Positions 19,601-28,135 of a stretch of DNA of 64,000 nt are shown here, in pieces. The DNA is from a virus. The stretch covers positions 5,334 to 69,333 of IMG/VR virus record IMGVR_UViG_3300023179_000098; one strand, 5' to 3'. The position numbers and the translations under genes were made by a program. The notes under the pieces were generated by a model that did not search any database, had not been told where the DNA came from, and saw only the letters and a program-made list of their open reading frames with translations. Each line of letters opens with the position of its first letter. The first letter of the stretch is position 1.

Positions 19601-20873
19601 TGATACTTCTGCTGGTAGTGTTGATAAAGTCGGTGCAATAACTGGAACTAATTTTTATGTTAATACATATAAACCAGATATTCATAATAGTAGCGTATTT
19701 CCTAATTCTACTAGTTTACACTATTGGAAAGAATATACTAGTGAAGAACTAAGCAGAAGAACAGGGTTTAGATGGAGAGGAATTTGGAGTCCTGCAACAG
19801 ATTACCAAAATAAAGATATTGTAGAACAATCTGGTACTGGTAATATCTATTGGTTTTCGGCTACAAATTCTGTTTTTGGAAACCCTGTATTAACAAATAC
19901 AACTTATTGGACACAATTAGTTCCAAATACTGGTTTAACTGGTACAACTCCAGATAATTTAAAATATAAAGATTTATGGATACCTAATAGAAGATATGAT
20001 TTAAAAGATATAGTTAGAGTAGGAGGTCAGTTTTTTGAATGTATAAAAGCTTATGATCCAATTAGATTAACCGCTATGTCAACTACAAAACCACCCAAAC
20101 CAGGAACTGATGGGGCGGAAACAAGTAGTACTGCTGTTCAATCAGCTTTAGATAGTACAACAGATGGGCATAGATTTACATGTACTGGATTAAGTGCAGC
20201 ACCTACAGCCGGTACCACTGTATATGTAATTGATGACGGTACTAATACTTATAATGACTTTATTGGTTATAGTTATAATAAAAAAGGAACATTTTATTAT
20301 GTCATAGGTACTCCAGCACCTACTAATACAAGTTTTTCACTTAGCACTAGATTAAATGGTCCTGGAATTGTTACAAAGGCAGGTGGAACAACTAGGTATT
20401 GGGTTAGAAAAACTGTTGCTGAAAGCGGACCAGATCCTAGTATACCAGATGAAGCAATAGATCTAGTAAATGATTTTAAGTGGACAACAGATGCAACTAG
20501 AGTACCATTTCCATTTGTGGTAGTTACACAACCTTTAACCGAAGTTCAAAATAATGGTGTAAAACAACCAACTGGTGTATTTATTGATTCGGCGTTTATT
20601 AAAAATGCTAGTATTACTAATGCAAAAATTGCAAATGCCGCTATTGATAATGCTAAAATTGCTAATTTAGATGCAGGTAAAATTACTACGGGTTATATAA
20701 ATGCTGGTAGAATAGAAGCAGGATCAATTGATGCTGCTAAAATTACTGCTACGCAATTAGATGCAATAAGTGCTAATTTAGGTACTGTAACTGCTGGTAT
20801 AGCCAGAAGTAGTGATAACAAAATGATTATTGATTTTAATTCAAAATTTATTAGAATAGATACAGGAACATAA
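13674..20873 (+). CDS. Central tail fibre/tip protein: NlpC/P60 + gpI-like + gpJ-like fusion
   Basis: N-terminal YIGIPY..GGR...GLDCWGLV..H.G...FLH; Gly/Ala hydrophobic gpI-like segment; gpJ motifs (IP.VLG..RITPP, TSNPA, RGDRV.V.HD); C-terminal QYTVKID..G..AGYGL and FIKNASITNAKI. Confidence 0.88.
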   Translation: MWANKYIGIPYKDGGRDIDGLDCWGLVRLVYKNEYNIDLPSFNNEYIITDRERVNELFSQYREGWAIEDSPKEGNVVLLRLFGEESHVGVLINSKQFLHVNHKTPAAIDSLDSIRWRNRIVAFGSYKPENQVILNGRPHPLKTQNFSLPINPGTKLIELVKIISQKYNVSKELLQNLLIIVNGRIIDKNNWEYYSVQMGDRIEYRALPQGAVARAFAFIALIIIAPYLAGVLQYAGLAMAGSGLGLGAALGAGVTAMATGFAAYGFVGYALMGGILLAGSYLINAIAPVRPPAEAKDPGQAEQQMIATGVQNQQLRYETIPIVLGKMRITPPLGAQNFITYQSEIDTYLSLFLCWGYGPLVLNTNTLRIGNISIDNYTIDAIEHLDIKINDYDSTVSPPIGGGTYYTSNGDQTRFDTIYGNDIVQVFKNSEIINLGHPDSPAITTSAVAPTIEVAIPSLGSTDTPYNSIEIAYHFPQGMRKIKAKGENAGEDYSVDSQGPLVRTEIKYGSSGTWTLLSEEQFGNIGKKKDAFTLTRTYTVNTRDSITIRVQRLTGGASDPPNPGDTSFATLTAASGQCVNVEDYEGTETYDAGEGIAYSFFRWMQRDVVRAETNQQACIAAGGVWRTNYDSDNEKAKEWRYATQVNLLSLTGRRQAKAFNAPLNTNISRTAIRLKSSREINGQLEGINAVVQTVARIWNGTDWNTLAGTSNPASLFIHVLMSPANPRKISSAEMANRINLAELGDWYTYCETHNPKFTYNALVNGKTSVLDVLKDICAAGRASPTQIDGKWTVTIDRVKPNIIQYFSPHNSWNFESTRNLNKVPDGLRITFNDEASDYQQSEHIIFKSGKNRNNSELYETISLPGITNSSLVEDHARWHIAQAILRREIYSLNTDMEYLVCNRGDRVTVAHDVPMWGLGSGRVKNVLSNTLLEIDDPVLIDPTINYIIRVRNSTQTPSTITGSAGPAGLESTIKKSGFVYSAANRDIAGVVTLTISSIDPNPFSVDDLLSVSGSLGGNIRVSEIGVGFIKYETTTYTVATSAGGTIALAKGLFKKLTLDTAISNIAQTDLFLIGNTTQKTNDLIVLGIETTSGKTAKIAFTDYASNIFTDYKNETEALIFNTNITLPPGLSGFELKDKPTVTEVISDDRVSILLANNIWKYKLRIVYSNFILSDNTTTSHTGSSSRAIIQYVECEYATVGTASNERSIRVPYEQLVVDIDDVQIGEEYKARLRYITRNGVAGPWTSVITATTFPQMKIVGRDTNYGEIDELVVNHDGRYLEITPVTVPTPKDFRHYEVRVWKNSLPGTTSGDFWDDTTFEGTLTAGTNTISVSSGNTALLRVGKIPQKIRGTGSFDTTATVTGVTSTTVTMSSNNSITGTIVFTLDKGVMGLGTSTGTYKQDLINFDRPRLNQAGVKYRINSRIVSTTNTYSKYSGINNIVLGNIAPGPSTVKPEIGSYSLEITNPTQGLIRRSDAAGMRVYMSDQSGFTPNNDYAELVGSISGTTLTVTNVTSGRLAPGAVLQGAGIGPRYSGYTGTIVLQTSNNVSTGTLVTTTSRIILITGLNTVNNLRPGQYIELNTPSTGSFGTVSGSPALAIIDTIDSSSQISVRTQTNNNSALSVAITPPTVGAITFSISSGIASFSDISVSILSGPILTTGGSGTYTVSVAQTVPAGTVIKAFSNRVYDGESFTANISNVYPEKKFYYRHAVLSLLAKTPSPVYLEDYYYSDEKEITVYSSEATVVDNIPPPTPTGITVEAGMTNIFIKFESRPYYNLSRNTDDLVNSSSSHKATVMYMVPNRNTSDVMTFENIIATGTAEVHYLSGEQEYFTSIPAQPGTIYYIWFKNQSKAGIFSIGALGPFIVETGIDIEKLLHSLTGKLTAGQLYGLLGSRINEIDRGDSPIATKVDQLEGQYTVKIDNSGNVAGYGLSSTGTGLNHAESQFGVRADYFWVAPVSHVSDTEPAASDRYKGYVWVDTSAGSVDKVGAITGTNFYVNTYKPDIHNSSVFPNSTSLHYWKEYTSEELSRRTGFRWRGIWSPATDYQNKDIVEQSGTGNIYWFSATNSVFGNPVLTNTTYWTQLVPNTGLTGTTPDNLKYKDLWIPNRRYDLKDIVRVGGQFFECIKAYDPIRLTAMSTTKPPKPGTDGAETSSTAVQSALDSTTDGHRFTCTGLSAAPTAGTTVYVIDDGTNTYNDFIGYSYNKKGTFYYVIGTPAPTNTSFSLSTRLNGPGIVTKAGGTTRYWVRKTVAESGPDPSIPDEAIDLVNDFKWTTDATRVPFPFVVVTQPLTEVQNNGVKQPTGVFIDSAFIKNASITNAKIANAAIDNAKIANLDAGKITTGYINAGRIEAGSIDAAKITATQLDAISANLGTVTAGIARSSDNKMIIDFNSKFIRIDTGT

Positions 20874-20877
20874 TAAA

Positions 20878-21564
20878 ATGTTTGGAGAAGAAATTCCTAC
20901 ATATATGTATACAAGATTGCAAGAAACAGGTAAGTTATATATTTCTAACAATCAAGGAAAACCACAAAGTAATTCAGAATTAGTTGAAAATAGTACACTT
21001 ATATTATTATATAGATCAAATAATAATGTTTATGAATTATCTGATATTGAAAGAGAAGAAATGAATACACTAAAATTACCTATACTATGTGTAGGTAATT
21101 TTAGAAGACTTAGTAATATTTTTATACCTGATAGATATGCAGAAAATCATGGGTACTTAAACAGAATTTATATATGCGGTGTATTCGATACTTTTACATT
21201 AGTATCAGACTATTTTAGACGAGAATGGAATATTTGGATAGCAGATGACCTAGATCATCCAAAATCTACTTATCTTGATTCTAACGGTCAACCTATTGAA
21301 GAAATAGGAATAGCAATTTCATATAGTTCTGGCATACAAAAACATGATGTAATTACTTTTAGTTTACAAGATGAATCTATGGGTCAGCCTGATCATATGG
21401 CAGTTTATTTGGGTAATAATAGAATTATGCATCAATATTTGGATAGATTTTCATGTATAGAAGAATTAAGTATTTATATGAAAACAAAAATATTTGCAGT
21501 TTATAGATCTCCACAAGTTCATAGATTAATAGCAGCTAATGGTGATCACGTTACGTTACAGTAG
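20878..21564 (+). CDS. Second gpK-like NlpC/P60-fold tail protein, probably catalytically degenerate
   Basis: R.Y..GVFDTFTLVSDYF (family pattern DCY) and PDHMAVYLGNNRIMH. Confidence 0.7.
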   Translation: MFGEEIPTYMYTRLQETGKLYISNNQGKPQSNSELVENSTLILLYRSNNNVYELSDIEREEMNTLKLPILCVGNFRRLSNIFIPDRYAENHGYLNRIYICGVFDTFTLVSDYFRREWNIWIADDLDHPKSTYLDSNGQPIEEIGIAISYSSGIQKHDVITFSLQDESMGQPDHMAVYLGNNRIMHQYLDRFSCIEELSIYMKTKIFAVYRSPQVHRLIAANGDHVTLQ

Positions 21565-21570
21565 GTTAGA

Positions 21571-24500
21571 ATGGTTGAAAAAACTACTTTTTTTACAGGA
21601 TTACTTAATGTAATACCTTCTCCTTATGACTTAGGCAAATGGCTTCAAGCATTGCCGGCAACTGGCTGTGTATTGGCAAGAGATCCATTATTAAAAACTA
21701 GAAGTCCTAGTAAAGGTGTACCATTAAAAATTACAACAACATCTGCTAGTTCTTATGTAGATATTCCTACAAATTTATACAAAAGTTATAATGGCGATTT
21801 TTGGGAAGGTTCAGTATATGTAAGTACAAACACGTCAACACCTACTAATATTAAAATAGGTTTATATATTACTGACTATAATGGATCAGTTTTACAAACT
21901 GCTGAAACTACTTTGGTTGTAAGTAACCAATGGATAAAAAGAACATTTTTTATTACTAATACAAGTACCGATGCTCCACCACCTAGTGTAACTAATGATG
22001 GAAATCCTAATCAAATTAGAATAAAAATATTTGGTCCTACTGCAAATGGAGTACAAGTTTGGTTAGATGATTTAAGATTACACAGAAATGAAACTGTGAT
22101 GAGTATATTTAAATCAACACCTACACTTGATGGAGATCACCCACTAAGAGATCCATTTAGTTATTATGAAAATATGTATTTTGATACTAGATTTGATTAT
22201 TTTAATATACCCGGTAACATTACTTATAATAGTATTACTGTAACTTTGCCGTATAGACCTAATCAAAAGATTAAAAAGAGAAAAAAACCAGGTAGGACAA
22301 GAAGAAAACGTTGGGTAGATGTTCCTATAAGTGGTTATAGTAAAACAACTGGATTAGCTCATAATTTAGGAAAAATACCAATTGCTATAACCTATGAACC
22401 AGGTGGAGCATATTTTGGAGGTTCAACTATAATACAGTCAGTAGGCACCGGCAGTTTTAGAACTGCTTGGGTAACTACTGATGAGAATAATTTATATATA
22501 AATGAAAGATGGTATACTGTATTTAATCCACTACCTGCAATAACTATAACATTAGATTGTTATATATTTAATGAACCTGCTAGTGTAATTACTACAGCAC
22601 CGGCCGCACCGGTATATGAACCAGGACAACCTTTAGTAATAGGTACTATAGCAGGAGACCTTGCAACTAGTTCTGATGGACAAACTAATGATTGGAAATC
22701 TAGATTAGAAGGAGCTAGTATTGTAGATGGTGCTTCAACACAGTATTTATATAATATTGTTTCATTGTTTTATTTAAATGGAAAATATTACGCCTATCAT
22801 AGAGAAGCAGAAGGGCCATTAGTATTACCAGATGGTTCTGTACAATTTGCAAATGAGTATTGGTCTGGATGGACTAGTGATAATCGGGCTCTTGGATGGA
22901 GCAGTTTAGATAATACACTAGTACCACCATTGCAAGAAGCTATGATGGTACCTGGTAGTACCACTGATGCTGTTGGTATAAGTATAAGTGAAAGTTTTCC
23001 AAAAAGTCTTATTGAAGTTTATGGAGAGCCTGCCGATCCCACCGATCCAAATAGTACAGAACCTTTTTTAGGCTATGGTACGCAACAACCACTGCCTTAT
23101 AAAGTATATACTAGTAGTAATAAAGGAGAGACTTGGACTCAAAGAGGAACTTTACCAAGTTCTGCTCCTAATATTTATGGTAGTGGAGGTGCGGGAGTAG
23201 CTTGTACATCTGGAGGAAATGCAGTTGCTGTAGGTTGTATGTTGGGTGGAGAAAGTGTAGAAAAAGTAAATATTATAGGTACTTGGGATAAATTTGATAA
23301 TGAAAATTTTACACCAAAAACAGTTAGTATAACTTTTAGTGCTCCAGAAATACCAGGGGGTATAACTGCAACTGGACAGCCTATAATTGATAAATATCAG
23401 AAATTAGTTGGAATTAGTATGACTAATAGAGGAAGTGGTTATATTCAACCACCTACTATTACTATAACTGATACTGATACTACTCCTAATCCAGGAACAG
23501 TAACAGTAACAGCAAATAATACAAGAACAGTAGCGCCGGTCTATGATGGATTTGGAAATTTGGTAAGTCCAGAACAAAAATTTTGGAAAGTAGGTTCAGC
23601 AACAGCCAGCGGAACTAGTGGTTTACATAAAAGAACAACAACCATAACTTTTAGTAATGGTGCTACTGCAAATCTTACATTTAATAACGGACAAGTAACA
23701 ACAATAAGTATAACTAATACTGGAAGTGAAGTAGGACCTTCAGCTTCAGCACCTACAATTACAGCAACAATTTCAGATACAGATGATGGTACAGAAGTTT
23801 TAGGAACAGCTGTAGCAGTTTTAACTAGTGGCAGATGTAAAAAACCTACAGCAGCTTATTCCACAGATTTTGGATTAACCTGGAATGCTTCTACACTACC
23901 AACAGTAGATTTTGGTGGTTTATGTGATGTTGAATATGCTTCGGCAGGAGGTTTTGTAGCAGTAGGACAAAATAATTTAATTTTAAAATCTAGTAATGGT
24001 AGTAGTTGGACCAATGTATCTCCAAGTAGTTATAGTAAACAAACACATTGGCAACGAGTAATTTATGCAAAAAGTAATTATTTTTGTTGCGGATTTAATA
24101 ACGGATCATCATTTATAATTAAATCTAGTGATGGTAGTAGTTGGTCAGAAGTATTTAATATTTCTAACGTTTGTTTACAGGATATAGCACATTATATTTT
24201 TGAGGGTAAATTAATTGCCGCAGGCGGAGAAGCAGGATTTTTAGAAGAAACTTTTTCAGGTCCTAATGTTGTTTATCCTGGAGAAGCTTGTTGGCTAAAA
24301 ATAACTGGTGCTAAACCAGGAACTATAATTAGTATAACGGGTTCGGAGGCAGCAGCAAGTTATAGTAATAGTGCTACTGTAGACAATAATGGTGAAGTAC
24401 TACTAGGAAACCTGGCAGGAAGTTTTAGTTTAGGTACTTTAGGTGCTACAAATAATTACACATATAGTTTTGTAAGTCCTATTACATTTAATACTATTAC

Positions 24501-24756
24501 TCATACAGTTAGATATGTAGAACAAGTAAGTAATAGTATTTATACTTCTCCAACTTCTAATTCTAGTGATTATACAAATACAACTGGATATTGGACAGAA
24601 GCCGCTAGATATAAACCAAATGAGGCACCAGTATCACGAACAGCTAATATTGGAAAAACCTATATTACTAGTGATGGAAATTCTTGGACTAATATAGTTA
24701 ATGGACCTACTAAATATATAAATAGGATAATAGCTTCATCGGATTATATACCTTAA
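21571..24756 (+). CDS. Tail/virion protein with N-terminal carbohydrate-binding-like domain and BNR/beta-propeller-type repeats
   Basis: VWLDDLRL ends the first domain; repeats SSNKGETW, STDFGLTW, SSNGSSW, SSDGSSW and TSDGNSW; TNRGSGY..PPTITI repeat. Confidence 0.6.
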   Translation: MVEKTTFFTGLLNVIPSPYDLGKWLQALPATGCVLARDPLLKTRSPSKGVPLKITTTSASSYVDIPTNLYKSYNGDFWEGSVYVSTNTSTPTNIKIGLYITDYNGSVLQTAETTLVVSNQWIKRTFFITNTSTDAPPPSVTNDGNPNQIRIKIFGPTANGVQVWLDDLRLHRNETVMSIFKSTPTLDGDHPLRDPFSYYENMYFDTRFDYFNIPGNITYNSITVTLPYRPNQKIKKRKKPGRTRRKRWVDVPISGYSKTTGLAHNLGKIPIAITYEPGGAYFGGSTIIQSVGTGSFRTAWVTTDENNLYINERWYTVFNPLPAITITLDCYIFNEPASVITTAPAAPVYEPGQPLVIGTIAGDLATSSDGQTNDWKSRLEGASIVDGASTQYLYNIVSLFYLNGKYYAYHREAEGPLVLPDGSVQFANEYWSGWTSDNRALGWSSLDNTLVPPLQEAMMVPGSTTDAVGISISESFPKSLIEVYGEPADPTDPNSTEPFLGYGTQQPLPYKVYTSSNKGETWTQRGTLPSSAPNIYGSGGAGVACTSGGNAVAVGCMLGGESVEKVNIIGTWDKFDNENFTPKTVSITFSAPEIPGGITATGQPIIDKYQKLVGISMTNRGSGYIQPPTITITDTDTTPNPGTVTVTANNTRTVAPVYDGFGNLVSPEQKFWKVGSATASGTSGLHKRTTTITFSNGATANLTFNNGQVTTISITNTGSEVGPSASAPTITATISDTDDGTEVLGTAVAVLTSGRCKKPTAAYSTDFGLTWNASTLPTVDFGGLCDVEYASAGGFVAVGQNNLILKSSNGSSWTNVSPSSYSKQTHWQRVIYAKSNYFCCGFNNGSSFIIKSSDGSSWSEVFNISNVCLQDIAHYIFEGKLIAAGGEAGFLEETFSGPNVVYPGEACWLKITGAKPGTIISITGSEAAASYSNSATVDNNGEVLLGNLAGSFSLGTLGATNNYTYSFVSPITFNTITHTVRYVEQVSNSIYTSPTSNSSDYTNTTGYWTEAARYKPNEAPVSRTANIGKTYITSDGNSWTNIVNGPTKYINRIIASSDYIP

Positions 24757-24771
24757 AAAGAGAATAAATAT

Positions 24772-25050
24772 ATGTACATAAGTTTTGAAGAAGATAAAGT
24801 TATAGTTGAAAGAACTAAGGGAGTAGTAGATGCTACTATATTTAATAGTAGTAATAAATATATGTATAAAGATATTACATCTACTAAACCAATAAAAATT
24901 GTTACTGGCCCAACACTATATAATGGAATTAATGGTAGTGGTAAACCACAATTAAAATATGTTACACCTTTATTAAGTGTTCAAATTTCTGATAATGGAG
25001 AACCAGCTGGAACTGTTGTGCCATATTTTATTCACTTTGATATACAATAA
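24772..25050 (+). CDS. Hypothetical small tail-associated protein
   Basis: 92-aa ORF coupled (TAATG) to the next gene. Confidence 0.6.
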   Translation: MYISFEEDKVIVERTKGVVDATIFNSSNKYMYKDITSTKPIKIVTGPTLYNGINGSGKPQLKYVTPLLSVQISDNGEPAGTVVPYFIHFDIQ

Positions 25051-26837
25051 TGGGCTTAATAATTAAAGATAATATAGTAGAAATCAAAGATACTAGCAAT
25101 AATTTAAAGTTTAGTACTAATAGATTATTATCCAGCATAATCTTTAGACAAAGTGGAACTATAAATGTAACTGATTTCAACTATCAAGCTCCTATTATAG
25201 TTAAAGAACATCCTGCAATTGTAGATGATCCAGAAAAATTTTTTATGTTTATTAGTCTTAATATTTATGGTGGAGATATTAATAGTCAAGCAGAAACTAT
25301 TAATGGATCTGGTTCTGTATTATTAGCCGCTTATAAAGATAATGATGGATATTTATCTGGTTCAATGATTTTAGATTTTCAATCAACTCCTGGTATATTA
25401 TATGCTAAAATTACTAAACATGTAATAGGAGGAGCAAAAATTGATTATACTGGTCAAAACTTTGCTGATGGTCCAAATATATGGATTAATTATGCAATAC
25501 AATATTGTAGATTTGCTAGCTCAATAGTACCACAAGTAGAACCTCTTGAACGATTTACAGCTAACTTATTATTAGTAGGGGGAGGTGGCGGAGGTGGCGG
25601 AGGTTCTCATGGAGTAGGTGGTGGCGGAGGTGGGGCGGGAGAATTTAAAGAAATAAGCTCCACATTAGAAGTCCAAAGAACTTATGATATATATGTAGGA
25701 TATGGCGGAGCCGGCGGTGGTAATCTTAGAACAGATGGACATGGAGTAAGAGGAGAACATACCAGATTTTATAACTATACTGCACTAGGTGGAGGTGGAG
25801 GTGGTAATGGTAGTTCAGGTGGCTACTATCCTGGTCAAGGTGGTTCCGGTGCCTTTGGAAGTGGTAGTGGTGGAAGCGGAGGAGATCAGTATTGGGCAGA
25901 TGGTGGTGCTGGTAGCAATCCGTCTCTTAGAGTTTTCTATAGTTTTCTTGTAACAGATAATGCAAATGCTCCTACTTTAGCCGGATCCTCTGGTGGAAGT
26001 ACTAATATAGAATTAAAAGACTACTATTCAAGTATTGCTGGTACTATACTTAATCCAGCTGTGCCTGCTGGAAGAACCAATGCAGGAGGAAGAGGAATTT
26101 GGATGAATGGTGGGGGTGGAGGTGGTGCAGGTAGTGCTGGTGTAGATGCTCAAATACCTATAAGTAAAGATAGATTTAATCTTTATGATAATTTTGGAGG
26201 ATTAGGTGGATCAGGATATCCATCTAATATTACTGGTACTAGTCAAATATATGCAGCAGGTGGTAGCGGTGGTACATCTGGAGGCGCTCGTGGTATTAGT
26301 GTAGATAGTATAGGCGGAGAAGGGGGGTCTACATATGCTCCTATTGGGGGTAATGCTGTAATTAATACAGGTAGTGGTGGTGGCGGAAAAGGTACAACTA
26401 CTATAGTAAATGAAATTATTTCAGGATGGGTTAAATCTTCAGGCACAACTTTAATGGGTACTACTGCTAGTGGGGGAGTATTATCAACTTTGATTAGAAC
26501 AGCGTTTACTGTTGATTTATCTGTAAACGATGTAATATTAGTAGATAATCAACAAAGAACTATTACAGCAGTAACAGATAACTTTACAGCAACTGTTGAT
26601 AAACCTTTTGATCCTCCAATAACAACGCCGTCTTTATTAGCTAATCTAACTAGAGGTGCTGGATTCGTAGGAGGAAATGGTGCTAGTGGTGTTTTTGTTT
26701 TAAAAATACCAAATACTTATACTGCTAATTTTACAGATGGAGTAGTATATCAACATATTACTAGTGTAAGCGGATATAATATATATAAAGTAACAGAAAC
26801 TAAAACAATCTATGAAACTGTTACAATAGTAAAATAG
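25050..26837 (+). CDS. Glycine-rich-domain virion protein
   Basis: LLLVGGGGGGG..GGGGGGAG, Y.I.VG.GG.GG, ALGGGGG, NTGSGGGG and GGNGASGVFVL motifs. Confidence 0.75.
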   Translation: MGLIIKDNIVEIKDTSNNLKFSTNRLLSSIIFRQSGTINVTDFNYQAPIIVKEHPAIVDDPEKFFMFISLNIYGGDINSQAETINGSGSVLLAAYKDNDGYLSGSMILDFQSTPGILYAKITKHVIGGAKIDYTGQNFADGPNIWINYAIQYCRFASSIVPQVEPLERFTANLLLVGGGGGGGGGSHGVGGGGGGAGEFKEISSTLEVQRTYDIYVGYGGAGGGNLRTDGHGVRGEHTRFYNYTALGGGGGGNGSSGGYYPGQGGSGAFGSGSGGSGGDQYWADGGAGSNPSLRVFYSFLVTDNANAPTLAGSSGGSTNIELKDYYSSIAGTILNPAVPAGRTNAGGRGIWMNGGGGGGAGSAGVDAQIPISKDRFNLYDNFGGLGGSGYPSNITGTSQIYAAGGSGGTSGGARGISVDSIGGEGGSTYAPIGGNAVINTGSGGGGKGTTTIVNEIISGWVKSSGTTLMGTTASGGVLSTLIRTAFTVDLSVNDVILVDNQQRTITAVTDNFTATVDKPFDPPITTPSLLANLTRGAGFVGGNGASGVFVLKIPNTYTANFTDGVVYQHITSVSGYNIYKVTETKTIYETVTIVK

Positions 26838-26845
26838 GAAATAAA

Positions 26846-27064
26846 ATGGGAATTAAAATAGTATCTTTTGGTAGTGATAATATATCGGGTAAGACAGAAG
26901 TAACAGTACAATTACTAGAACGTAACGGTAATTTGACAAGAGTCAAAGATACTTATACACTACTTGTAGATGGAATATTTCTAACTATTAATCAAGGATT
27001 TTTAGAAGTTTTATATGAGAAATTAAGAGAATATGGTATAGAGCCATTTCCTGAAAAACTTTAA
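26846..27064 (+). CDS. Hypothetical protein
   Basis: 72-aa ORF with AGGA SD; last gene before a terminator/promoter. Confidence 0.65.
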   Translation: MGIKIVSFGSDNISGKTEVTVQLLERNGNLTRVKDTYTLLVDGIFLTINQGFLEVLYEKLREYGIEPFPEKL

Positions 27065-27093
27065 AACTTCTATAATTATAGAATTAAATTTTA

Positions 27094-27129
27094 ATAACCA
27101 AAGTCAATTTTTATATTGACTTTGGTTAT
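27094..27129 (+). terminator. Inverted repeat/terminator
   Basis: ATAACCAAAGTCAAT-TTTTAT-ATTGACTTTGGTTAT followed by CTTTTCTT. Confidence 0.7.
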
Positions 27130-27144
27130 CTTTTCTTGTATAAT
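27116..27144 (+). promoter_or_regulatory. Sigma70 promoter for accessory fibre operon
   Basis: TTGACT (27116-27121), 17-bp spacer, TATAAT (27139-27144); AGGAGG SD at 27181. Confidence 0.85.
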
Positions 27145-27193
27145 AGCAATTAAAATACCACAAAATTTATTTTTACAGACAGGAGGAAGTTAG

Positions 27194-27523
27194 ATGGATA
27201 TTGATAAAGAGGGATTTCTACAAACTATCTCACTTCTATCCCTTGCTATTATAGGACTGTTAGTTGGAATTCAGAAGTTAGTCAGAGACTGGAAGACTAC
27301 AAATGCAGAAACTAATATAATATCTGTAATGCATACTGAGATAGAACGTATGAGTCTTCAAAATACAACTCTTAGTACTGAACTAGGAAAATTGCAGGAA
27401 GAAATAATTCGTTTAAACGGATTAATAAGTAAGCTTAATATTGAAAATAATAAGCTGCAAGAAGAAGTTTCAAAACTAACTTTAGAGTTAGACAGTATAA
27501 AAACGTTAACTAATAAAGGATAA
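27194..27523 (+). CDS. Small membrane protein with coiled coil (holin-like candidate)
   Basis: One N-terminal hydrophobic helix (FLQTISLLSLAIIGLLVGI) followed by heptad repeats. Function is inferred only. Confidence 0.5.
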   Translation: MDIDKEGFLQTISLLSLAIIGLLVGIQKLVRDWKTTNAETNIISVMHTEIERMSLQNTTLSTELGKLQEEIIRLNGLISKLNIENNKLQEEVSKLTLELDSIKTLTNKG

Positions 27524-27529
27524 AAAATT

Positions 27530-28135
27530 ATGACTCCTGGTAGAGTTAACTTAAGAATATATCAAGGTAGCACTTTTAGTCAAATGTTTAGATGGGAATC
27601 TAAAACTATAACTTATGCTACTATTCAAACAATCCAAAAATCAGCTCCTTGTGTAATAACCGTATTTCCTGGTCAGCCAAAACCACCACCTTCCTGGAGA
27701 GTTCGAATAACTGGTGCTAATGGTATGAAGGATATAAATTTAGATGGACTACCTGATCAATACTATATAGTAAGTAATATATATTTAAATGATATTACTA
27801 TTGATGAGATAAATAGTTTAAATTATGGTACTTATACTGGAAATGGGGCCTTAAGTTGGTACGAACCAGTACCACTAGGTAATTATACGGCTCAATTACA
27901 AATAAGAAAAAGTATTAATGATAGTGCTTTTGAGGTAGAATTAACCTCTGCAGCAGGTGAAATAATTCTAGATGATATAGATAAAACTATAGAAATAGTT
28001 ATTCCTAAAACAATTACTTCTGGTCTCACTTTTAGTACCGGTGTATATAGTTTAGAATTAACTGATACTATTACTGGAAAAACTATTACTTTTATACAAG
28101 GTAATGTTACTTTAATTAGAGAGGTTACACGATGA
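27530..28135 (+). CDS. Putative fibre-attachment/collar protein (LtfC/p132-like fold suspected)
   Basis: NL.IYQGSTF...F.W, YTA.LQIR, LT...G.I and GVYSLEL....FIQG.V.L..EVTR pattern typical of proteins preceding fibre genes. Confidence 0.55.
   Translation: MTPGRVNLRIYQGSTFSQMFRWESKTITYATIQTIQKSAPCVITVFPGQPKPPPSWRVRITGANGMKDINLDGLPDQYYIVSNIYLNDITIDEINSLNYGTYTGNGALSWYEPVPLGNYTAQLQIRKSINDSAFEVELTSAAGEIILDDIDKTIEIVIPKTITSGLTFSTGVYSLELTDTITGKTITFIQGNVTLIREVTR

Noticed and set aside
27075-27107. Divergent minus-strand promoter from the left arm of the inverted repeat
   Set aside because: TTGACT and TATAAT on the minus strand are 21 bp apart, too long for sigma70.
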